Shown here in pieces: positions 56,487 through 64,000 of a DNA stretch of 64,000 nucleotides (within the stretch, counting starts at the first letter, position 1; each line of letters begins with the position of its first letter). Origin of the DNA: Dehalococcoidia bacterium (GTDB taxonomy: Bacteria > Chloroflexota > Dehalococcoidia > Bin125); assembly GCA_963663235.2 (NCBI GenBank), contig CAXXNO010000004.1, positions 768,001-832,000 of the forward strand, written 5' to 3'. A program made the translations under genes and the position numbers. The notes under the pieces were generated by a model. The model saw only the letters and a program-made list of their open reading frames with translations, had not been told where the DNA came from and did not search any database.

Positions 56487-57413
56487 CTAGACGAAGATCG
56501 CTTTGGGCAGGTACGCGGCGATGATCCAGTTGGGCTGGTCCACGATCTCGCTGATGCGCAGGTCGACGGCCACGCTGCACAGCAGATAGGCCAGAACAGG
56601 GTCGAGTCCGTATTCGCGGCCCAGGTGGTCGATCATGTCGCGGACCGCATCCTTCGCCGCGTCCATGAGGTCCGGGCCGATGCCCGTGGTGACGTAGTAG
56701 CCGCGCTCGTCGACGTGGCGGGTGGGGCTGCCGCCGATCTCGAAGCGGGGGCGGCGAAAGTTGGCCTGCTTCACGAGATCGAAGCGCAGGTGGACGTCCA
56801 TCGACGTCTCGACGGCGGTGCCGCAGACTTCGCCGTCCCCCTGCGCGGCGTGCGTATCGCCGACGGAGAAGAGGGCACCGGGCACCTGCACCGGGAGCCA
56901 GAGCCGGGCGCCGATGGTGAGGTCGCGGATGTCCATGTTGCCGCCCACATCGCGGGGCGGCACGACGGAATGCAGCCCCGGCTCGGCCGGGGCCAGGCCC
57001 ATGGTGCCGGCGAAGGGACGGAAGGGGAGCCGGATGCCGGGCTCGAACTCGACGCCGTCGGGGCTGTAGCGAGAGAGGTGGTAGGCGGGGTCGGGGAAGT
57101 CATCGGCGAGGAGCCCGAAGCCGGGAATCACCGCGGTCCAGCCCCAGCCGCTCTCCTTGAGGTCGAGGATCTCCACGAGCAGGGCATCGCCCGGCTGCGC
57201 GCCCTCCACGAACACCGGTCCCACCACCGGATTGACGCGGGCAAAGTCCAGCTTGGGCACATCCGCCGAGGTGGTGGATTGGGTGTATTGTCCGCTGCTG
57301 GCGTCGGTGACCTCAAAGGTGAGCGCCTCGCCCGGCGCAACGCGGATCGCCGGCTCGAAGCTGTTGTCCCAGCCGAAATTGTGCTGTGCGCGGTGGATGG
57401 TTCGCGCCGCCAT
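56487..57413 (-). CDS. Acetamidase/formamidase family protein
   Basis: GPVFVEGAQPGD, GGNMD, GDTHAAQGDGEVCGTAVE. Confidence 0.92.
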   Translation of the reverse strand: MAARTIHRAQHNFGWDNSFEPAIRVAPGEALTFEVTDASSGQYTQSTTSADVPKLDFARVNPVVGPVFVEGAQPGDALLVEILDLKESGWGWTAVIPGFGLLADDFPDPAYHLSRYSPDGVEFEPGIRLPFRPFAGTMGLAPAEPGLHSVVPPRDVGGNMDIRDLTIGARLWLPVQVPGALFSVGDTHAAQGDGEVCGTAVETSMDVHLRFDLVKQANFRRPRFEIGGSPTRHVDERGYYVTTGIGPDLMDAAKDAVRDMIDHLGREYGLDPVLAYLLCSVAVDLRISEIVDQPNWIIAAYLPKAIFV

Positions 57414-57610
57414 GCGCGGCCCTCCCCTCTCGATCAGATGGGTGGCAGGCCGCCCGAGATGGCGGCCTGCCAGGGAGTCTAGCAACGCGCGGCTCGCGGC
57501 GCGGGACCGGAACAGGGCCTGCCTCACTTGTGCCAAGCGGACGCTTGATCGAGCATACGAAGCGCGGGCACGAGACGTCTCCACCAGTCCAGGTCAGAGC
57601 GGAGTGCCCC

Positions 57611-59428
57611 ATGCACCCGCCCCGCGTATCGCGCTACGCCGTGATCATCGCTCTCTACGGCCTGCTCATGCTGCTGCTGCCGGCGGTCGCCGGCGCGCAA
57701 GCGCAAGATCCGCCCCTGGCCTCATTCACGCTGGAGCCCGAGCTGGGAACGGTCCCCCACACCGTCCGGTTCACGGACACCTCGCAAGGGGCGGAGACGT
57801 GGAGCTGGGACTTCGGGGACGGCGCCACCAGCGGCGACCAGCATCCCCAGCATATGTACGTCCGGCCGGGCCGCTTCACGATCGAGCTGGAGGTGTGCAA
57901 CCCGGCCGGTTGCGACAGCGCTTCAGCCGGGGTGAGCGTCGAGGGACTGGACGCGCTGGACGGAGGTCAAATCTTCGATGGCGGGACCGTGTACGGCGCC
58001 ATCAACGATGTCACCGATGTCGACCGCTGGAGCTTTGAGGCGGAGGAGGGTGACGTCGTCACGATCGTGGCGGACGCAGCGGCCGGCTCCTTCTTGGAGA
58101 CGGCGGTGCGGCTGTTTGGGCCGGACGGCGAAGTGGTCGCGGCTTCGGAACCGTTCGGCTTCGATTTCACGAGTTTGGCCGAGATCAGTGATCTGCGGCT
58201 GCCCGCCAGCGGCACGTACGCGATCGAGACGAGCGGGCGCTTCGGCACCACGGGCGCTTACGAACTGACGCTTACGTTGCGCTCGACAACGGCCGTCAGC
58301 GCCAGTTTCGACCCGGCGTCCGACATCGGCGTGGCTCCAGCCGTGATCGCGTTCCAGAATCACTCGCGCAATGCGACCTCGTACCACTGGGATTTCGGGG
58401 ACGGCGGGACGAGCGAAAGCATCAACCCGGTACACCGCTACGACGCCGGCGGCGTGTACGAAATTGGTTTGACGGCGTGTCGTGGCGAGGAGTGCGGCGA
58501 GGCCACGCAGACGGTGGTGATCGAGGCCAGCGACGGCGGCAGCCTGCCAGACGGTGTCCCCGTGACGGGGCGCCTGGATTATGAGCAGGACGTTGACCTC
58601 TGGACCTTCTATGCGTCGCACGGAACCGAGGTGACGATTGAGCTGGTCGCCGTCGACGAGGCGTTCGATCCCCGAATGTTCCTCATCGGCCCGGGGGATC
58701 GGGTGTTCGCGTTCGACGACGACAGCGGCGTGGGGCTGAACTCGCTCATCGACGCCTTCACCATTCCGTTCGCAGGGACGTATGCCATCGAGGTCGGGGC
58801 CTTCTCGGCGCCCGAGCCCGCGGACTATGAGCTGCTGTTGCGCATCGACCGGGAGCCGATAGTGCAAGCGAGCGTGGACGTTTTCGCGCTCGGGTTCACC
58901 GCGCCCGCGGAGGTTTTCTTCACGGACACGTCGCGCGGCAGTCCCACGTCGCACCGCTGGGACTTTGGAGACGGCAGCAGTGGGACCGGCGGCAGCGTCT
59001 CTCACCGGTACGAGGAACCGGGAAGGTTCGTGGTCCGGCTGGAAACGTGCAATATCCGCTCCTGCGGCGAGTGGACGGTGCTGTTGCGCATTGCGGCCGA
59101 AGATGATGGGGGCGCGATTGCGCTGAACCAGACGGCCTTCGGCGCGATCAACGGGCCCGGCGATGTGGACGAGTGGCTGCTGGAGGGGACGGCGGGCCTG
59201 GTGGTGACCATCGGGGTGCGTGCGGACGACTTCAGCTTCTTCGACCCCGTGCTGGAGCTACTGGGGCCGGACGGTGCGCTGGTGGCGCTGGACGACGACA
59301 GCGGCGGCGCGCTGCAACCGCTGCTCGCGGATGTGATCTTGCCAGCGGACGGCACCTACACGATCCGGGTGCGTGGCTTCAACGACGCGCTGGACATTGG
59401 CGCCTACCGCATCGAGGTCAGCGGCTAA
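57611..59428 (+). CDS. Secreted protein of three alternating PKD and PPC domains
   Basis: Signal peptide; WDFGDG x3, each followed by D(V)DxW(S/T/L)F...DPxxxLxGP...DDDSG-type PPC units. Confidence 0.8.
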   Translation: MHPPRVSRYAVIIALYGLLMLLLPAVAGAQAQDPPLASFTLEPELGTVPHTVRFTDTSQGAETWSWDFGDGATSGDQHPQHMYVRPGRFTIELEVCNPAGCDSASAGVSVEGLDALDGGQIFDGGTVYGAINDVTDVDRWSFEAEEGDVVTIVADAAAGSFLETAVRLFGPDGEVVAASEPFGFDFTSLAEISDLRLPASGTYAIETSGRFGTTGAYELTLTLRSTTAVSASFDPASDIGVAPAVIAFQNHSRNATSYHWDFGDGGTSESINPVHRYDAGGVYEIGLTACRGEECGEATQTVVIEASDGGSLPDGVPVTGRLDYEQDVDLWTFYASHGTEVTIELVAVDEAFDPRMFLIGPGDRVFAFDDDSGVGLNSLIDAFTIPFAGTYAIEVGAFSAPEPADYELLLRIDREPIVQASVDVFALGFTAPAEVFFTDTSRGSPTSHRWDFGDGSSGTGGSVSHRYEEPGRFVVRLETCNIRSCGEWTVLLRIAAEDDGGAIALNQTAFGAINGPGDVDEWLLEGTAGLVVTIGVRADDFSFFDPVLELLGPDGALVALDDDSGGALQPLLADVILPADGTYTIRVRGFNDALDIGAYRIEVSG

Positions 59429-59542
59429 ACCGGCGGCAGGGGCGGGCAGGGCCGATTCAGGGGCCCGATAGCGCTCCGGACGAGCGGTCAGGGTGTCGAT
59501 GATCGATCGTCGGCGGAGATCGCCGGCGGGGGTAGCGCGCCC

Positions 59543-62500
59543 ATGTCCGAGCGGGGAACTCCACGGCTTCGCACGCCGCCAGCCGCCCCGGTACCGATGC
59601 TGATCTGGGACGCGGGGCGGCGCGTGCTGTTCGTCAATGACGCCGGGTGCGATCTGTTGGGGTGTGAGCGTGAGGGGATCGTAGGGCAATCCGTCGACGC
59701 CCTGACGGCGAACCTGGACGGTGCGGAGCAGCCCGCGTGGCGCGTCATTGACCGCCACGACGGGACTTTCCTGGGGATCGGCGGCGACCTGTGTGAGCCC
59801 GACCCGGCGGTGGCGCCGTCAGCCGGAGCGGACGATCTGTACCGCGCGACGCTGCACGCGCTCTCGGATCCGATCATCGTCGTTGACGAGTCCGGCACGA
59901 TCATCGCGGTGAACGAGACTTGGCGCGCGCGCTGGCAACGCGTGGCCCACTACGAGGACGAGTTTCGCGTCGGGCGCGACTACCTTCAGGATCTCGATGC
60001 GCTCGCCGACGACATGTTTCCGCTCCGACGGGAGCTCGCCGCGGGGGTTCGAGACGTCCTTGCGGGCCGGCGTGAGCGGTTCTCCATCGAGCTGCCGTGG
60101 GTCGCGGAGGACCAAACCTATTGGCATGAGACGCGTGTGACGCCGCTGGGCGGTGCGGGGCCGCGTCGCATTGTGGTGGCGGTCCGCGGCATCACCAAGC
60201 TCAAGCAGACGCATGACGCCTTGCTGCGGGCGCGCGATGAAGCGGAGGCGATCGCCTCCGTGGCGCGGGACCTGGGGGGATCGCTGCATCTAGACGAGTT
60301 GCTGCAGCGCATCGTGGGGCATGCGCGCAGGTTGACCAGCAGCGATCTGAGCTACATCGCGGTCCGGGGACACTCCGGCGAGCGGATGTGGATCGTGGCG
60401 GAGCACGGCGCCCGCAACCCTGCCGTGCTGGGCCGGTCATTCAGCGGGGATCACGGCCTGGCGGCGCGAGCGCTGGAGACGGGCGGTCCGGTCAGCGCCC
60501 ACGACTGCCTGCAGAGCCCGGGGCCAAGCGGGGTGGAGTACGAGATCGCGCGGGAGGAAGGGCTGGCGGCGCTTGCGGCCGTGCCGGTGCAGGCCGGGCC
60601 GGACTGTGTGGCGCTGCTCTACGTGGGGCAGCGGGCGCAGCGGCGCTACGCCGACTCGGACCTCTCCCTGCTGTCCCGCCTAGCCGACCAAGCGGTGGCC
60701 ACCCTGCGCAACGCGGCGCTCTATGCGGAGCTGGCCGCCTCCAACGCGGATCTGGAGCGGTCCGCGACGCGGGCCAAGGAGCTGGCCGCGACCGCCCAGG
60801 AGGCGACGGCGCTGAAGTCCGAGTTTCTGGCCACCATGAGCCACGAGATCCGCACGCCCCTGGCCGCGGTCATCGGCATCACAGATCTGCTGCTGGCGAC
60901 GCCGCTCAACGAGGAGCAGCGGGAGTTCGCCGGCATCGCCCGTAATTCCGCCAGCCTGCTCTTGGACCTGATCAACGACATTCTGGACTTTTCCAAGATC
61001 GAGGCAGGGAAGCTCAGCACCGAATGGGTCGAGTTCGAGCCGCGAGTGGTGGTCGAAGAGATGGCCGAGTTGCTGAGCCCCACGGCGCACCAGAAGCACG
61101 TCTCCCTCGCGACATTTGTGGCGCCGGAGGCGCCGGCGGCCGTGCGGGGTGACGCGGCGCGGTTACGCCAGATCCTGCTCAACCTGATCGGCAACGCGGT
61201 GAAATTTACCGACGCCGGTGAGGTAGTTGTGCGCGCGACGGTCGAAGCGGCGGAAGACGCCCCCCTGACGATGCGGTTCTCCGTCAGCGATACGGGGATC
61301 GGGCTTTCCGAGGTGGCGCGGCGGCAGCTGTTCCAGCCGTTCACGCAGTCCGATGGATCAATGGCGCGCAAGTACGGGGGCACGGGGCTAGGGCCCGCGA
61401 TCTGTAAGCGGCTGGTGGGGCTGCTGGGCGGGGAGATCGGCGTCGAAAGCGAGGAGGGGCGCGGCTCCACGTTCTGGGTGACGCTGCCGTTCGCGCCCGT
61501 GGAAGCGCCGTCAGAGCGGGCCGATGTGACGCGGCTCGCGGGCCTGCGGATCCTGGTGGCCGACGCGGACCGGACGCAGCGCGAGATCACGGAGCGCTAC
61601 CTTGCGGCGCGGGGCGGCGCGGCTGTGTGCGCCACGACGACGGAGGAGGCGCTGGCGCTGCTTCAGCAGCAGGCGGCGGCGGGTGAACCGTTCGACGTGG
61701 TCGTCGTGGACCGCGCGCTGGCGCCGGACCGCGGCTTCGAGGCGGCCAGCGCGGCGACGCCCGTGGTCCTCCTCAGCGGCTTTGACCTCCCGCCCCGCGC
61801 TGAGGCCCCGATGCGGCTTGGTGTCGCCGCGCGCGTGCGGAAGCCGGTCAAGGAGCACGCGCTGGTGGAGGCCGTCGCGGAGGCGGCCGGGCGCGGGGAG
61901 GCCCGGGACGGGACGGCCGGGCGGGCGGCCTCGCCGGCGGAGCCGACGGTCCCAACCCACATAGACCGCCGCATCCTGGTGGCCGAAGACAACCCCGTCA
62001 ACCAACGTGTGGCCGCTCTCCAGTTGGAGCGGTTGGGCTATCGGGTGGAGGTGGTGAGCAATGGACGTGAGGCCGTGGAGGCGTGCGAGCGGTCGGCGTA
62101 CGCGCTGGTGCTGATGGATTGCCAGATGCCGGAGATGGACGGCTATGAAGCGACCCGACGCATCCGCGAACGGGAGGCGGGAGGGGAGCGTCGCGTGCCG
62201 ATCGTGGCGTTAAGCGCCAACACGATGAAGGACGAGCGTGAGGCTTGCGGGCGCGCCGGCATGGACGACTACCTCGCCAAACCGGTGAAGGCGGACGAAC
62301 TGCGGGAGACGATGGAACGGTGGATCGCGGGGCCGGATGAGACCGCGCGGGACGAGCCCGGCGCGGGAGCGCCGGCGGGAGCGCCGGCGGGGGAGCCGGT
62401 GGATCGGGCGATTCTGCAGGGACTGCGGCGGTTAAGCGCCGAGGGCAAGCCCGGCTTCCTGGACGAAGTGGTGCATCTCTATACGGGCGAAACGCCAAAG

Positions 62501-62746
62501 TTGCTCCGCGCCATGCGCGACGCGATCGCGGCCGGCGACGCGGACGCTCTGGGTCGCTCCGCGCACGCGCTCAAAGGCAGCAGCGCCGACCTCGGGGCCA
62601 GCGGCCTGGACCGGCTGTGCAAGGAGATCGAAGAGATCGCCCAGAGCAGCGCTCTGGATCAGGCGCCGCTGCGGCTGGCGGCGCTGGAGCGGGAGTACCG
62701 GCGGGTGGAGAGCGCTCTGCACGAGGAGCTGCGCCGAGCGGCATAG
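59543..62746 (+). CDS. Hybrid sensor kinase PAS-PAS-GAF-HisKA-HATPase-REC-REC-Hpt
   Basis: FLATMSHEIRTPL, QILLNLIGNAVKFT, DTGIG, LVAEDNPVN...MDCQMPEMDG, AHALKGSS; no TM segments. Confidence 0.93.
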   Translation: MSERGTPRLRTPPAAPVPMLIWDAGRRVLFVNDAGCDLLGCEREGIVGQSVDALTANLDGAEQPAWRVIDRHDGTFLGIGGDLCEPDPAVAPSAGADDLYRATLHALSDPIIVVDESGTIIAVNETWRARWQRVAHYEDEFRVGRDYLQDLDALADDMFPLRRELAAGVRDVLAGRRERFSIELPWVAEDQTYWHETRVTPLGGAGPRRIVVAVRGITKLKQTHDALLRARDEAEAIASVARDLGGSLHLDELLQRIVGHARRLTSSDLSYIAVRGHSGERMWIVAEHGARNPAVLGRSFSGDHGLAARALETGGPVSAHDCLQSPGPSGVEYEIAREEGLAALAAVPVQAGPDCVALLYVGQRAQRRYADSDLSLLSRLADQAVATLRNAALYAELAASNADLERSATRAKELAATAQEATALKSEFLATMSHEIRTPLAAVIGITDLLLATPLNEEQREFAGIARNSASLLLDLINDILDFSKIEAGKLSTEWVEFEPRVVVEEMAELLSPTAHQKHVSLATFVAPEAPAAVRGDAARLRQILLNLIGNAVKFTDAGEVVVRATVEAAEDAPLTMRFSVSDTGIGLSEVARRQLFQPFTQSDGSMARKYGGTGLGPAICKRLVGLLGGEIGVESEEGRGSTFWVTLPFAPVEAPSERADVTRLAGLRILVADADRTQREITERYLAARGGAAVCATTTEEALALLQQQAAAGEPFDVVVVDRALAPDRGFEAASAATPVVLLSGFDLPPRAEAPMRLGVAARVRKPVKEHALVEAVAEAAGRGEARDGTAGRAASPAEPTVPTHIDRRILVAEDNPVNQRVAALQLERLGYRVEVVSNGREAVEACERSAYALVLMDCQMPEMDGYEATRRIREREAGGERRVPIVALSANTMKDEREACGRAGMDDYLAKPVKADELRETMERWIAGPDETARDEPGAGAPAGAPAGEPVDRAILQGLRRLSAEGKPGFLDEVVHLYTGETPKLLRAMRDAIAAGDADALGRSAHALKGSSADLGASGLDRLCKEIEEIAQSSALDQAPLRLAALEREYRRVESALHEELRRAA

Positions 62747-62762
62747 GAACGGAAAGGAAGCG

Positions 62763-63710
62763 ATGAAGACCCTTGTGGTCGAGGACGATCCGATCCAGCG
62801 GCGGATCCTTGAGGCCAGCCTGCGAAGCGCCGGCCACGACGTCCGCGTCGCGGCGAACGGTGAGGAAGCCTGGGCGCTTATCAACGAAGAGCGGATCCGG
62901 CTGGTGATCACCGACTGGATGATGCCCGACATCGACGGGCTAGAGTTGATCCGCCGGATTCGCGGCACGGACTTGCCCGGTTACACCTACGTGATCCTCC
63001 TGACGGCCAAGGACGGGCAGGACGACATCATCGACGGGCTACGAGGGGGCGCCGATGACTACCTCACCAAGCCGTTCGACCCTCGGGAGCTGCAGGCCCG
63101 TCACGCGATTGGTGGACGGATCGTGCGGCTGGAAGAGCGGCTCAGCGCGTCCCAGGAGGAGCTGCGGCGCCTGGCCATGTACGACGGCCTGACGGGGCTG
63201 TTCAATCGACGGACCATCCAGGAGCACGCCGAAGCCGAGCTCGATCGCGTGGCGCGGGGCAGCGGGCCGCTGAGTTTGGCGTTGGTGGACGTGGACCACT
63301 TCAAGTCGATCAACGACCGTCACGGGCACTTGACCGGCGATAGCGCGCTGCGGTTGATCGGGGGGATCCTGACCGCGCAACTGCGCTCCTACGACTGGGC
63401 CGGCCGCTGGGGCGGCGAGGAATTCCTCGCCGTGTTCCCGGGGACCAACATCGAGGAAGGGGTCGGGATGGCAGAACGGCTGCGCGCGGCGATCGCCGCG
63501 CGGCCGTTGTCGCTGCCGGACAGAGCGGTGGTGGAGGTGCGGGCGTCCTTCGGCGTCAGCGGCGCCGCCTCCGGGACGGCGTGCGACCTGGACACGCTAG
63601 TGCGCGAGGCAGACGCAGCGCTCTACCGCGCCAAGCGCGAGGGCCGCGATCGGGTTTGCGTGCACCGGCTTGATGCGGGCGCCGACGATCGGGATCGGCT
63701 GGCGTCCTAA
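62763..63710 (+). CDS. Response regulator diguanylate cyclase (REC-GGDEF)
   Basis: TDWMMP receiver; DVDHFKSINDRHGHLTGD; I-site RSYD; RWGGEEF. Confidence 0.93.
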   Translation: MKTLVVEDDPIQRRILEASLRSAGHDVRVAANGEEAWALINEERIRLVITDWMMPDIDGLELIRRIRGTDLPGYTYVILLTAKDGQDDIIDGLRGGADDYLTKPFDPRELQARHAIGGRIVRLEERLSASQEELRRLAMYDGLTGLFNRRTIQEHAEAELDRVARGSGPLSLALVDVDHFKSINDRHGHLTGDSALRLIGGILTAQLRSYDWAGRWGGEEFLAVFPGTNIEEGVGMAERLRAAIAARPLSLPDRAVVEVRASFGVSGAASGTACDLDTLVREADAALYRAKREGRDRVCVHRLDAGADDRDRLAS

Positions 63711-63859
63711 GCGTTCGCGGGCGAGAGCGCGCTCAGCGCCGTGGAGCGTCGCACGAGCGAGGCGAAGCGGCTGGAGGCCCGCGGCCGCGTCCGCATCGCC
63801 GCCGCGCGCAGCGCGAAGCGCCAAGGGGCGCGGAGCGATAGGATCGCGACGAGGCGGAC

Positions 63860-64000
63860 ATGAGCGCGCTTCCGATCCTGCTCTCCATTCCTCACGGGGG
63901 CACCCGCGTGCCCGAGCAGTTGCAGGGGCGCGTGCGCCTGACGCCCCTGCAACTGCTGTACGCCAGCGACGCCTTCACGCACGAGATCTACGACCTGGGC
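63860..64000 (+). CDS. N-formylglutamate amidohydrolase family protein (partial)
   Basis: Manual translation MSALPILLSIPHGGTRVP...SDAFTHEIYDLG; runs off the window end. Confidence 0.7.
   Translation, partial: MSALPILLSIPHGGTRVPEQLQGRVRLTPLQLLYASDAFTHEIYDLG

Noticed and set aside
59425-59470. Sigma28 promoter before the hybrid kinase
   Set aside because: TAAA and GCCGAT are about 21 nt apart, not 15.

Overview
GC-rich (about 70%) bacterial chromosomal window. Gene content (tandem luciferase-like monooxygenases, family III CoA-transferase, Tat lipoprotein binding proteins, frequent TAG stops) suggests a Chloroflexota (Dehalococcoidia/Tepidiformia/SAR202-like) heterotroph; this is inference. 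Most of the window is tandemly expanded catabolic paralogues: 3+1 LLM oxidoreductases, 2 family-5 solute-binding proteins, 3 hydantoinase-B/oxoprolinase genes plus a remnant, 2 cyclases and 2 fused 3-oxoacid CoA-transferases. It also holds a block of secreted surface proteins, a chemoreceptor, a DEAD-box/RRM pair, a cobalamin riboswitch with btuF, and a hybrid kinase with a REC-GGDEF partner. Best leads: (1) an AhpD/CMD-like selenoprotein split by the ORF caller (CxxU, in-frame UGA at 18926, SECIS-like hairpin); (2) an unnamed ~75-80 aa C-terminal module present six times in four unrelated secreted proteins, a candidate surface-anchoring or sorting system; (3) perfect short-repeat arrays filling two 5' UTRs; (4) a duplicated structured leader before the two binding-protein genes; (5) four interrupted genes between 26 and 36 kb. 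No CRISPR, rRNA, tRNA or transposase was seen.
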